64,000 nt of DNA from Macrostomum lignano (lineage: Eukaryota), in NCBI GenBank assembly GCA_002269645.1, contig NIVC01001566.1, forward strand, positions 72,346 to 136,345. The letters run 5' to 3'. This document shows positions 24,304 to 37,759 of this stretch, piece after piece; position 1 is the stretch's first letter, and every line of letters begins with the position of its first letter. Position numbers and translations under genes: made by a program. Below the pieces are notes generated by a model that was not told where the DNA came from, searched no databases, and saw only the letters and a program-made list of their open reading frames with translations.

Positions 24304-27300
24304 ATTTCGACAACTCCTCCTTGAATAGTGGCAACTCAGCGTTGAAACTTATATGGGAAGATTGGAAATTATCCGAGGTCGGCTATAGGCTATTTTAATT
24401 CTGAAATTTTAATTTCTAAGATCCTCAAAAAAGCAGAAAACGGCGGTCTTGACCTTTGATAATCTTAATTGTCCCCTCTTTCTGCTTGGAGCTGAAAATT
24501 TGCATGAATTTCAAGTGATTGCGCCACAACTTTTCCCTATCTCTGCAGTGTATTTTCTCTCCAGTGGGGGATGGGGCGTTCTAAATGGCTGCCTGTGTAC
24601 AATCGGACCCTGGCTCACTGGCTGACTGTATAGACAATTGCGCAAAGATTTGTGTTCTAATTTTCAATAGGCAGCCCTGTGATTTTGTTGAACCTTGAAA
24701 TTCAATGCATAAACTTGCGGGCCTCTTTAGCAGGCAGTGAACGTACAATTGATATTTCAATGCTTTAAATCAGAAAGTTTCAAACGCAAACTGTTGCTCG
24801 AGTTTTTAACTTTGAGAGAAAAAATTAATATTGCTGGAAAGAACTTGCAAAGCTGATTTCAGGGATATAAATTGTTTGCTTTAAATATGAAAAGAAAAAG
24901 CACAGCATTAAAAAAACTATTTCCATACTTTTAACTTTCTGCAAAAATTGTACTCAGTTTTGCGAGACGTAATAGATAAAGTTGGGGGGAGAGTTCAACT
25001 TCTCACTGCTGCTGTGTATTGGAGGGTTGATTTAGATTGCGCAATGTTTTTGTTAACTTTAACTTAGACTGATACTGACTGACTGTGAAATCGGTTGCGC
25101 AATGAATTGATTCAATTAGTTCAATATTTTTATCAGCGCCTTTTAACACGAAGCTGTGCGTAGTTCTAACCCTAACCCTAACCCTAACCAATGAATCCGG
25201 AGTTGAGTTGTTTGACGGAAAAAATTCGATTGAGTCCAGTTTAGCGGAGACGATTTCAACGTTTTAATTTTGACGGAGAGGATTTCTGTTTCGTGGAGAG
25301 GATTTCTGTTTCGTGGAGAGGATTTCGATGATGTTCAGTTTCACGAAGAGAGGATTTCGATGATGTTCAGTTTCACGAAGAGAGGATTTCGATGATGTTC
25401 AGCTTCACGGAGAGGATTTCTGTTTCGCGGAGATAATTTATAATTGATTTCTGTTTTATGAAGACCATTTTGATGGATTTAAGTTTTAATGAGAGGATTT
25501 CGAAGGAGTCCAGTTTTACGGAGAGGATTTCGATGGTTTTCAGTTGCACAGACAAGATTTCTGCTTCGCAGAGAGGATCTTGATGGATTTGGCATCTTCA
25601 ATCAGTCAGAGAAGAGAGTAAAGAGAAGAATGAAAAGAGAAGAGCGATGACATGATAGAAAACAGAGTAGAAATGAATGGAGAGATTAGACATGACAGAT
25701 GGGAGAGAAGAGGGGAGTAAGGCGGGAACGAAGAGGGAGAGAGAAGAGAAGAGGAGAGAGGAGATGAGAGGGGAGATATGAGATAGCAAAGGGAGACAAG
25801 AGAGATAATAGGAGAGAGAATAGATGAGGGATAAGAGCGTACAGAGGAAATAGAAGAGAGGGGAGAGTAGAGGAGAAAGAAAGAGTGAGATGAGGGATGA
25901 GAGATGAGAGAGCAAAGGAGAGAGAAGAGAAGAGAAAAGAGGGGAGAAAGGAGACAGGAGAGAGAGCAGACGAAAGACCAGGGAGAAGATATAAATAAGG
26001 TAGTAGAGATGAGAGGAGAGAGAGGAGAGAGAAGCGAAAGGAGAAGAGAGTGAGGAGAGAGGAGAGAGATGAAAGATCAGAGATGAGAGAGTTAAGAGAG
26101 GAAAGTAGTGAGGAGAGGAGAGATAAGAGATGCGATGAGAAGAGATGCGTGAGAACATAAGAGAGAAGAGATTAGAGATTAGAGAAGAGAGGGGAGAAGA
26201 TCAAAGGAGCAAGGAGAGGAGAAAAGAGAGAATGGAGAGGATATAAAAGAGAGAAGAGAAGAGACAGGGGATAGTGGAAAGAAGGAAAGAAAGATGGGAG
26301 ACAAGAAAGTAGAGTGTGAGAGCGTATATGAGATATGAGAAATGAGAAGCAGATAGGAGAGAAAAGAGAAGAGAGACAGAGAGGGTTAAGAGAGACGATA
26401 GATAAGTAAGGAGAGATGACATATGAGAGAGGAGAGAAGAGGAAGAGATAAGAGAGGAGACAGGAGACAGAAGTGAAGAGGAGAGATATGAGAGAAGAGA
26501 GGAGACAAGAGACAGGAGAGGGTACAAACGAAAGACGAGGGAGTAGAGATAAATAAGAGAGTAGGGGTAGAGATGAGATGAGAGAGAGGAGAGAGAAGCG
26601 AGTCACGATAATAGCGAAGAGAGGAGAGAGTAGATATGAGAGACGTAAGAGTCTTTGAGCTAAGGTCTTTGAAAGGTTTGTAAAGAATTTGGAGACGATT
26701 TGGAAGATGGGATTCAAGACATGGAATTTCAGTTGATGGATAATTCAGGGAATGGAATTCCGGTGATGGGAGTTCTTCCCCTTTCTCCTCCGAAGGAGGA
26801 GTTCCACTCGTCTTAATACTAAAACTGGTGCGTTGTTTGTCTGTGTGTGTGTGTGTTTGTTGGATATCTCCTCCTAGAATACTTGCAAGTCAGCGTTGAA
26901 ACTTATGTGGGAAAACTGCAAATTTTCCGAGGATGGCTTTAGGCTATTTTAATCTTTTATTTTTACATTTTAAGATCCCTAAAAAAGCAGAAAACGGCAA
27001 TTCTGACCTTTGATAATCTTAATTGTCCTCTCTTTCCGCTCGGAGCTGAAAATTTGCATGAATTTTGAGTGATTACGCAACAACTTTTTCCTATCTCGGC
27101 AGTGTATTTTCTCTCCAGTGGGGGGATGGGGGCGTTCTCAGTGGCGGCGTGTGTACACTTGGACCCTGGCTCACTGGCTGACTGTATAGATAATTGCGCA
27201 ATGATTTGGCTACTGATAAGTTTTCTTGCCTCTCAATGGGCAGCCCTGTGTATTTGTTGGACATTGAAATTCAATGCATCAGCTAGCAAGCAGGTAGTTA

Positions 27301-28576
27301 ACGTACACTCGATACTTCAATGCTATAAATCAGACAGTTTCAAACGCTAACTGCTCTTCGAGTTCTAAATGTTAAGAGAAGAGACTTATACTGCTGAATA
27401 GATCTTGCAACACTGAGTTCGAGGATATAAATTGTTTGCTTTAAATAGAAAAACTAAAAGCACAGCATCAAAAAAACTATTTCCAGACTTTTAGCTTTCT
27501 GCAAAGATTGTACTCATTTTGGGGTTCAATGGGCGTTCGACCGACCCCCCAACAGTTGGGGGTTCAATTTCTAACTGCCACTGCGTAGTGGAAGGGGGTC
27601 GGGCGCTGTGTACTGGAGGGTTGATTTAGATTGCGCAAACTTTTTGTTAACTTGAACTGAGACTGATACTGACTGACTGTGAAATCGGTTGCGCCATCAA
27701 TTTGTTTTATTATCTGTGCCTTTCAATAGGCTGCCCTGTGAAGTTTTGGACATTGAAATTCAATGCATAAACTTGCGAGCCTCTTTAGCAGGCAGTGAAC
27801 GTACACTCGATATTTCAATGCTTTAAATCAGAAAGTTTCAAACGCAAACTGTTGCTCGAGTTTCTAACTTTGATAGGAGAAACTTATATTGCTGGAAAGA
27901 TCTTGCAACGCTGAGTTCGGGGATATAATTTGTTATCTTTAAATATGAAAAGAAAAAGCACAGCATTTAAAAAAAACTATTTCCATGCTTTTAATTTTCT
28001 GCAAAAATTGTTCTCAGTTTTGCGAGACGTAATAGATAAAGTTGGGGGGGAGGGTTCAACTTCTCACTGCTGCTGTGTATTGGAGGGTTGATTTAGATTG
28101 CGCAATGTTTTTGTTAACTTTAACTGAGACTGATACTGACTGACTGAGAAATCGGTTGCGCAATGAATTGATTCAATTAGTTCAATATTTTTATCAGTGC
28201 CTTTTAACACGAAGCTGTGCGTAGTTCTAACCCTAACCCTAACCCTAACCCTAACCAATGAATCTGGAGAGTTGAGTTGTTTGACGGAAAAAATCGATTG
28301 AGTCCAGTTTAGCGGAGACGATTTCAATGTTTTAATTTTGACGGAGAGGATTTCTGTTTGGTGGAGAGGATTTCTATTTCTCGGAGGGGATTTTGATGAA
28401 TGTCAGTTTCACGGAGAGGTGTTTGATGGAGTTCTCTTTTACGGAGAAGATTTCGATGATGTTCAGTTTCGCGGAGAGGAGTTGGATGATGGGATTCAGG
28501 GAATGGCATTTCAGGGAATGGAGTACCGGTGATGGGAATTCTTCCCCTTTCTCCTCCAGAGGAGGAGTTGGCCTCG

Positions 28577-29280
28577 TATATACTAAAAATGAAAATCTTG
28601 CTTGCTTGTTTGCTTGCTTGTAATCGATTAGAGAAAAAATGGCTTAACCGATTTTCATGAGACTTGCACTGTTCGATCAGAAATTTTCCCGTGACGGTAC
28701 ATGCATCGTGGCTAAGAAATTGCTCGATGCTAAAGGCATTAAATATTCGAAAAACATGCTTTTTTGCAAAGGTCAAGCAAACTTTTCGACTTGAAATGCA
28801 TTGTAAGAATGCTAGAGAAAAAACTGACTGGTTGAATTCTGATTCTGAAATAGATTGCATCATCACTGAATTGTAACTCCGACTTGAATTGAAAATGTAG
28901 TGTGGAAGCGTAGCACCAGACTTGATTTAAATTGCGTAACCATATTGTTAACTGATACTGACTGACTGAGAAACTGATTATGTCATAACTGCCTCGTGTG
29001 ATTTACTCTATGCTTGGATTTTAAAGTGTTGAATTATATAAGTGCAAAATTTGATGTTATCAAAACGATGAGAGCTAGCCTAGAGGTGAACAAACTGAAC
29101 TGCCAAATGCAGCGACGATGGTTCGAATTTTCATAGAGTATAATTTTTTTAATTAAAGCTTTTCAACTTCATGAAAACTAAAAGACTTTTTAAAAAGAAG
29201 CGCCATGTAAAAAATCGTAAAAGCGTTATATAAAAATCATAGAAGCGTCATGTAAATAATCATAGAATCGCCATGTAAAA
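28577..29280 (+). repeat. Helitron-type 5' segment, duplicated near-identically at 32045-32760
   Basis: TATATACTAAAAATGAAAATCTTGCTTGCTTG... occurs twice, offset by 3468 bp. Confidence 0.93.
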
Positions 29281-32030
29281 ATCGTAAAAGCGTTATATAA
29301 AAATCATGGAAGTGTAATGTAAAAATCATAGAAGCGTCATGTAAAAAATCATAGAAGCGTCATGTAAAAAATCATAAAAGCGTCATGAAAAAATCATAGA
29401 AGCGTCATGTAAACAATCATAGAAGCGTCATGCAAACAATCATAGAAGCGTCATGTAAAAATCATAGAAGCGTCATGAAAAAATCATAGAAGCGTCATGT
29501 AAACAATCATAGAAGCGTCATGCAAACAATCATAGAAGCGTCATGTAAAAGTCAAAAAAGCGTCATAAAAAATCATAGAAGCGTCATGAAAAAATCATGG
29601 AAGCGTCATGAAAAAATCATAGAAGCGTCATGTAATAATCATAGAAGCGTCATGCAAAAATCATAGAAGCGTCATGAAAAAATCATAGAAGCGTCATGTA
29701 AAAATCATAGAACCGTCATGCAAACAATCATAGTAGCGTCATTAAAAATCATAGAAGCGTCATGCAAACAATCATAGTAGCGTCATGTAAAAATCATAGA
29801 AGCGTCATGCAGACAATCATAGTAGCGTCATTTAAAAAATCATAGAAGCGTCGTGTAAACAATCATAGAAGCGTCATGTAAAAGTCAAAATAGCGTCATA
29901 AAAAATCATAGAAGCGTCATAAAAAATCATCGAAGTGACATGAAAAAATCATAGAAGCGTAATGTAAAAAATCATAGAAGCGTCATGAAAAAATCATAGA
30001 AGTGACATGAAAAAACCATTAATGCGTCATGTAAAAAATCATAGAAGCGTCATGTAAACAATCATAGAAGCGTCATGTAAACAATCATAGAAGCGTCATG
30101 AAAAAATCATAGAAGCGTCATGTAAAAAAAGCATAAAAGCGTCATGTAAAAAATCATAGAAGCGTCATGTAAACAATCATAGAAGCGTCATAAAAAAACC
30201 ATAGAAGCGTCATGTAAACAAGCATAGAAGCGTCATGTAAAAATCATAGAAGCGTCATGTAAACAATCATAGAAGCGTCATGTAAAAATCATAGAAGCGT
30301 CATGTAAAAAAATCATAGAAGCGTCATGTAAACAAGCATAGAAGCGTCGTGTAAAAATCAAAGAAGCGTCATGTAAACAATCATAGAAGCGTCATGTAAA
30401 CAATCATAGAAGCGTCATAAAAAAACCATAGAAGCGTCATGTAAACAATCATAGAAGCGTCATAAAAAAACCATAGAAGCGTCATGTAAACAAGCATAGA
30501 AGCGTCATGTAAACAATCATAGAAGCGTCATGTAAACAATCATAGAAGCGTCATGTAAAAAATCATAGAAGCGTCATGTAAACAATCATAGAAGCGTCAT
30601 GTAAAAAATCATAGAAGCGTCATGTAAACAAGCATAGAAGCGTCATGTAAACAAGCATAGAAGCGTCATGTAAAAAATCATAGAAGCGTCATGTAAACAA
30701 TCATAGAAGCGTCATGTAAAAATCATAGAAGCGTCATGAAAAAATCATAGAAGCGTCATGTAAACAATCATAGAAGCGTCATGCAAACAATCATAGAAGC
30801 GTCATGTAAAAATCATGGAAGCGTCATGAAAAAATCATAGAAGCGTCATGTAAACAATCATAGAAGCGTCATGCAAACAATCATAGAAGCGTCATGTAAA
30901 AGTCAAAAAAGCGTCATAAAAAATCATAGAAGCGTCATGAAAAAATCATGGAAGCGTCATGAAAAAATCATAGAAGCGTCATGTAAACAATCATAGAAGC
31001 GTCATGCAAAAATCATAGAAGCGTCATGAAAAAATCATAGAAGCGTCATGTAAAAATCATAGAAGCGTCATGTAAACAATCATAGTAGCGTCATTAAAAA
31101 TCATAGAAGCGTCATGCAAACAATCATAGTAGCGTCATGTAAAAATCATAGAAGCGTCATGCAGACAATCATAGTAGCGTCATTTAAAAAATCATAGAAG
31201 CGTCGTGTAAACAATCATAGAAGCGTCATGTAAAAGTCAAAATAGCGTCATAAAAAATCATAGAAGCGTCATAAAAAATCATCGAAGTGACATGAAAAAA
31301 TCATAGAAGCGTAATGTAAAAAATCATAGAAGCGTCATGAAAAAATCATAGAAGTGACATGAAAAAACCATTAATGCGTCATGTAAAAAATCATGGAAGC
31401 GTCATGCAAAAATCATAGAAGCGTCATGAAAAAATCATAGAAGCGTCATGTAAAAATCATAGTAGCGTCATGTAAAAATCATAGAAGCGTCATGTAAAAA
31501 ATCATAGAAGCGTCATGTAAACAATCATAGAAGCGTCATGTAAACAATCATAGAAGCGTCATGTAAAAAATCATAGAAGCGTCATGAAAAAATCATAGAA
31601 GCGTCATGTAAACAATCATAGAAGCGTCATGCAAACAATCATAGAAGCGTCATGTAAAAATCATAGAAGCGTCATGAAAAAATCATAGAAGCGTCATGTA
31701 AACAATCATAGAAGCGTCATGCAAACAATCATAGAAGCGTCATGTAAAAGTCAAAAAAGCGTCATAAAAAATCATAGAAGCGTCATGAAAAAATCATGGA
31801 AGCGTCATGAAAAAATCATAGAAGCGTCATGTAATAATCATAGAAGCGTCATGCAAAAATCATAGAAGCGTCATGAAAAAATCATAGAAGCGTCATGTAA
31901 AAATCATAGAACCGTCATGCAAACAATCATAGTAGCGTCATTAAAAATCATAGAAGCGTCATGCAAACAATCATAGTAGCGTCATGTAAAAATCATAGAA
32001 GCGTCATGCAGACAATCATAGTAGCGTCAT
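29195..32030. repeat. 22-24 bp satellite array 1
   Basis: Unit AATCATAGAAGCGTCATGTAAA(C/A), roughly 120 copies. Confidence 0.98.
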
Positions 32031-32664
32031 ACGAGTTCCACTCGTATATACTAAAAATGAAAATCTTGCTTGCTTGTTTGCTTGCTTGTAATCGATTAGA
32101 GAAAAAATGGCTTAACCGATTTTCATGAGACTTGCACTGTTCGATCAGAAATTTTCCCGTGACGGTACATGCATCGTGGCTAAGAAATTGCTCGATGCTA
32201 AAGGCATTAAATATTCGAAAAACATGCTTTTTTGCAAAGGTCAAGCAAACTTTTCGACTTGAAATGCATTGTAAGAATGCTAGAGAAAAAACTGACTGGT
32301 TGAATTCTGATTCTGAAATAGATTGCATCATCACTGAATTGTAACTCCGACTTGAATTGAAAATGTAGTGTGGAAGCGTAGCACCAGACTTGATTTAAAT
32401 TGCGTAACCATATTGTTAACTGATACTGACTGACTGAGAAACTGATTATGTCATAACTGCCTCGTGTGATTTACTCTATGCTTGGATTTTAAAGTGTTGA
32501 ATTATATAAGTGCAAAATTTGATGTTATCAAAACGATGAGAGCTAGCCTAGAGGTGAACAAACTGAACTGCCAAATGCAGCGACGATGGTTCGAATTTTC
32601 ATAGAGTATAATTTTTTTAATTAAAGCTTTTCAACTTCATGAAAACTAAAAGACTTTTTAAAAA

Positions 32665-35600
32665 GAAGCGCCATGTAAAAAATCGTAAAAGCGTTATATA
32701 AAAATCATAGAAGCGTCATGTAAATAATCATAGAATCGCCATGTAAAAATCGTAAAAGCGTTATATAAAAGTCAAAAAAGCGTCATAAAAAATCATAGAA
32801 GCGTCATGAAAAAATCATGGAAGCGTCATGAAAAAATCATAGAAGCGTCATGTAAACAATCATAGAAGCGTCATGCAAAAATCATAGAAGCGTCATGAAA
32901 AAATCATAGAAGCGTCATGAAAAAATCATAGAACCGTCATGTAAACAATCATAGTAGCGTCATTAAAAATCATAGAAGCGTCATGCAAACAATCATAGTA
33001 GCGTCATGTAAAAATCATAGAAGCGTCATGCAGACAATCATAGTAGCGTCATTTAAAAAATCATAGAAGCGTCGTGTAAACAATCATAGAAGCGTCATGT
33101 AAAAGTCAAAATAGCGTCATAAAAAATCATAGAAGCGTCATAAAAAATCATCGAAGTGACATGAAAAAATCATAGAAGCGTAATGTAAAAAATCATAGAA
33201 GCGTCATGAAAAAATCATAGAAGTGACATGAAAAAACCATTAATGCGTCATGTAAAAAATCATGGAAGCGTCATGCAAAAATCATAGAAGCGTCATGAAA
33301 AAATCATAGAAGCGTCATGTAAAAATCATAGTAGCGTCATGTAAAAATCATAGAAGCGTCATGTAAAAAATCATAGAAGCGTCATGTAAACAATCATAGA
33401 AGCGTCATGTAAACAATCATAGAAGCGTCATGTAAAAAATCATAGAAGCGTCATGAAAATATCATAGAAGCGTCATGTAAACAATCATAGAAGCGTCATG
33501 CAAACAATCATAGAAGCGTCATGTAAAAATCATAGAAGCGTCATGAAAAAATCATAGAAGCGTCATGTAAACAATCATAGAAGCGTCATGCAAACAATCA
33601 TAGAAGCGTCATGTAAAAGTCAAAAAAGCGTCATAAAAAATCATAGAAGCGTCATGAAAAAATCATGGAAGCGTCATGAAAAAATCATAGAAGCGTCATG
33701 TAATAATCATAGAAGCGTCATGCAAAAATCATAGAAGCGTCATGAAAAAATCATAGAAGCGTCATGTAAAAATCATAGAACCGTCATGCAAACAATCATA
33801 GTAGCGTCATTAAAAATCATAGAAGCGTCATGCAAACAATCATAGTAGCGTCATGTAAAAATCATAGAAGCGTCATGCAGACAATCATAGTAGCGTCATT
33901 TAAAAAATCATAGAAGCGTCATGTAAACAATCATAGAAGCGTCATGTAAAAGTCAAAATAGCGTCATAAAAAATCATAGAAGCGTCATAAAAAATCATCG
34001 AAGTGACATGAAAAAATCATAGAAGCGTAATGTAAAAAATCATAGAAGCGTCATGAAAAAATCATAGAAGTGACATGAAAAAACCATTAATGCGTCATGT
34101 AAAAAATCATAGAAGCGTCATGTAAACAATCATAGAAGCGTCATGTAAACAATCATAGAAGCGTCATGAAAAAATCATAGAAGCGTCATGTAAAAAAAGC
34201 ATAAAAGCGTCATGTAAAAAATCATAGAAGCGTCATGTAAACAATCATAGAAGCGTCATAAAAAAACCATAGAAGCGTCATGTAAACAAGCATAGAAGCG
34301 TCATGTAAAAATCATAGAAGCGTCATGTAAACAATCATAGAAGCGTCATGTAAACAATCATAGAAGCGTCATGTAAAAATCATAGAAGCGTCATGTAAAA
34401 AAATCATAGAAGCGTCATGTAAACAAGCATAGAAGCGTCATGTAAAAATCAAAGAAGCGTCATGTAAACAATCATAGAAGCGTCATGTAAACAATCATAG
34501 AAGCGTCATAAAAAAACCATAGAAGCGTCATGTAAACAATCATAGAAGCGTCATAAAAAAACCATAGAAGCGTCATGTAAACAAGCATAGAAGCGTCATG
34601 TAAACAATCATAGAAGCGTCATGCAAACAATCATAGAAGCGTCATGTAAAAGTCAAAAAAGCGTCATAAAAAATCATAGAAGCGTCATGAAAAAATCATG
34701 GAAGCGTCATGAAAAAATCATAGAAGCGTCATGTAAACAATCATAGAAGCGTCATGCAAAAATCATAGAAGCGTCATGAAAAAATCATAGAAGCGTCATG
34801 TAAAAATCATAGAACCGTCATGTAAACAATCATAGTAGCGTCATTAAAAATCATAGAAGCGTCATGCAAACAATCATAGTAGCGTCATGTAAAAATCATA
34901 GAAGCGTCATGCAGACAATCATAGTAGCGTCATTTAAAAAATCATAGAAGCGTCGTGTAAACAATCATAGAAGCGTCATGTAAAAGTCAAAATAGCGTCA
35001 TAAAAAATCATAGAAGCGTCATAAAAAATCATCGAAGTGACATGAAAAAATCATAGAAGCGTAATGTAAAAAATCATAGAAGCGTCATGAAAAAATCATA
35101 GAAGTGACATGAAAAAACCATTAATGCGTCATGTAAAAAATCATGGAAGCGTCATGCAAAAATCATAGAAGCGTCATGAAAAAATCATAGAAGCGTCATG
35201 TAAAAATCATAGAAGCGTCATGTAAAAATCATAGAAGCGTCATGTAAAAATCATAGAAGCGTCATGTAAAAAATCATAGAAGCGTCATGTAAACAATCAT
35301 AGAAGCGTCATGAAAAAATCATAGAAGCGTCATGTAAAAAATCATAGAAGCGTCATGTAAACAATCATAGAAGCGTCATAAAAAAACCATAGAAGCGTCA
35401 TGTAAACAAGCATAGAAGCGTCATGTAAAAATCATAGAAGCGTCATGTAAACAATCATAGAAGCGTCATGTAAACAATCATAGAAGCGTCATGTAAAAAT
35501 CATAGAAGCGTCATGTAAAAAAATCATAGAAGCGTCATGTAAACAAGCATAGAAGCGTCATGTAAAAATCAAAGAAGCGTCATGTAAACAATCATAGAAG

Positions 35601-36250
35601 CGTCATGTAAACAATCATAGAAGCGTCATAAAAAAACCATAGAAGCGTCATGTAAACAATCATAGAAGCGTCATAAAAAAACCATAGAAGCGTCATGTAA
35701 ACAAGCATAGAAGCGTCATGTAAACAATCATAGAAGCGTCATGTAAAAATCATAGAAGCGTCATGAAAAAATCATAGAAGTGTCATGTAAACAATCATAG
35801 AAGCGTCATGCAAACAATCATGCATGCAAACAACTCATGGACAGATTCATCATGTAAACAATCATAGAAGCGTCATGTAAACAATCATAGAAGCGTCATG
35901 TAAACAATCATAGAAGAGTCATGTAAACAATCATAGAAGCGTCATGTAAACAATCATAGAAGCGTCATGTAAACAAGCATAGAAGCGTCATGTAAACAAG
36001 CATAGAAGCGTCATGTAAAAAATCATAAAAGCGTCATGTAAAAAATCCTAAAAGCGTCATTTAAAAAATCATAGTTGCGTCATGTAAAAATCATAGAAGT
36101 GTCATGCAAACAATAATAGAAGCGTCATGGTAAAATCATAGAAGCGTCATGCAAACAATCATAGAAGCCTCATATAAAAACTAATGAAAGTGTCATTTAA
36201 AAAATTAAGAAGAATAATGGAAGAATAAAAGAAGCGTCATGTAAAAATCA
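32665..36250. repeat. 22-24 bp satellite array 2
   Basis: Same unit, roughly 150 copies. Confidence 0.98.
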
Positions 36251-37081
36251 AAAGAAGCGCCATGTCAGACATGAAAGGTGTCATATAAAAATTAAATGAA
36301 GCTATAGTACAGTGCTGTGCTGGGGAGAATTACTGAGACGTCAAGGCTCACAGAGAATAACTGAGATTACAGGTGGGGGGGGGGTTTCTGAGATGTCAAA
36401 GCAAAAGTCAGAAGCTACTTCAAAGTTCATGTACTTTACTCAATTTTTATTACATTCATTGTTGGCTCGCCACAGGGGGGGCGCTGATAGAAGCAGAGTC
36501 ATGTAAAAAATAAAAGTAGCACTATGTATACATATAAGAAAAGTCATGTCGAAGTTAAAAGATTCATTTGGGAATTGCTACAATGTCAAAGCTTGGTGGA
36601 AATCGTTATAGTGCTGTGATTCTTAAAGAAGGAAACACTAAAATGCCAAGGCTTAGGGGAGAAGAATTGCTGAGATTTCAAGGCTTTAGGTTGGGTTAAA
36701 GTTAGGTTTAGGTCAGGTGTGGGTTGAGGGTTATATTTTATCGGGTTTCAAGGTTAACAGGGGATTTTTTTAGATTTCGAGATTTATGGGGGGCATCGCT
36801 GACATGTCAAGGCTTACGGGGGAATAGCTGAGATGTCAAGGCTCACGGGGGTATAAATGAGATTTCAAGGCTAAAGTCAGAAGCTACATGTAGTTTAATG
36901 AAAACTTTTTATTACATTTTTTGTTGGCTCCTCAGGGCTCACTGATAGAAAAAGCATAATGTAAAAAATAAAAGAAGCTTCATGTCGAAGCGAAGAGATT
37001 CATTTGGGAATCCCTACGAGGGAATCGCTATAACGCTGTAGTAGTGCTATAATGACTCAGAATTACTGAAATTTCAATGCT

Positions 37082-37482
37082 TTAGGGTTAGGTTAGGGTT
37101 AGGGTTAGGGTTAGGCTAGGGTTAGGGTTAGAAGGTTGACAGATTTTTTTAGACTTCAAGGCTTATTTGGGGCATCGCTGAGATGTCAAGGGGGGAGTTG
37201 ATTTGTTAAAGCTTGTGGGGGGAATTACTGACATTTCAAGGCTTACAAGGGACTTCTGAGGTATATTGCAAAGAGATGCTACATGTAGTTTATTACAAAA
37301 CTTGTACTGTATTTTTGGCTCCCTAACGCTAAGATACTAAGCTAAAAAATACTACTAGCTCTTCACAAACTTATGCAGATGTCAGGCTGTAGGGTTAGTG
37401 TTAGGGTTGGTATTAGGGTTTAGGTTTAGGGTTAGGTTCAGGGTTATTGCGTTAAGATTCGGGTTAGGGTTAGGGTTAGGGT
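37082..37482 (+). repeat. Degenerate (TTAGGG)n tracts near the 3' end of the satellite-bearing unit
   Basis: TTAGGGTTAGGTTAGGG... at 37082-37131 and 37390-37482. Confidence 0.9.
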
Positions 37483-37759
37483 AGCTTATAACTTGGCTCA
37501 TTTAGCTTATTAAAAATGTTTATCATGGAAGCATCATGCAAAAATAATGGAAGCGTCATGCAAAAACAATGGAAGCGTCATGCCAAAAATCATAGAAGCA
37601 TCGATCATGCAAAAACTCATGGACAAAATATTGAATTTAGGGTTTTGGTTAGGGTTAGAATTTTGACAGGAGATTTTTTTAAGATTTCAAGGCTACATGT
37701 AGCTTATTAAAAATACGTGTATTGCATTTCTTTGGCTCCCCAACGGGGGGCGTAGATTG

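Noticed and set aside
17762-26717. Ser/Leu-rich minus-strand ORFs resembling membrane proteins
   Set aside because: They are stop-poor translations of CT-rich low-complexity DNA.
28324-28876. Overlapping ORFs repeated at 31993-32344
   Set aside because: Their recurrence is explained by the DNA duplication of a Helitron 5' segment, and there are no Rep or helicase motifs.
37082-37482. True chromosome end or telomere fusion
   Set aside because: The tracts are short, degenerate and embedded in dispersed repeat units.
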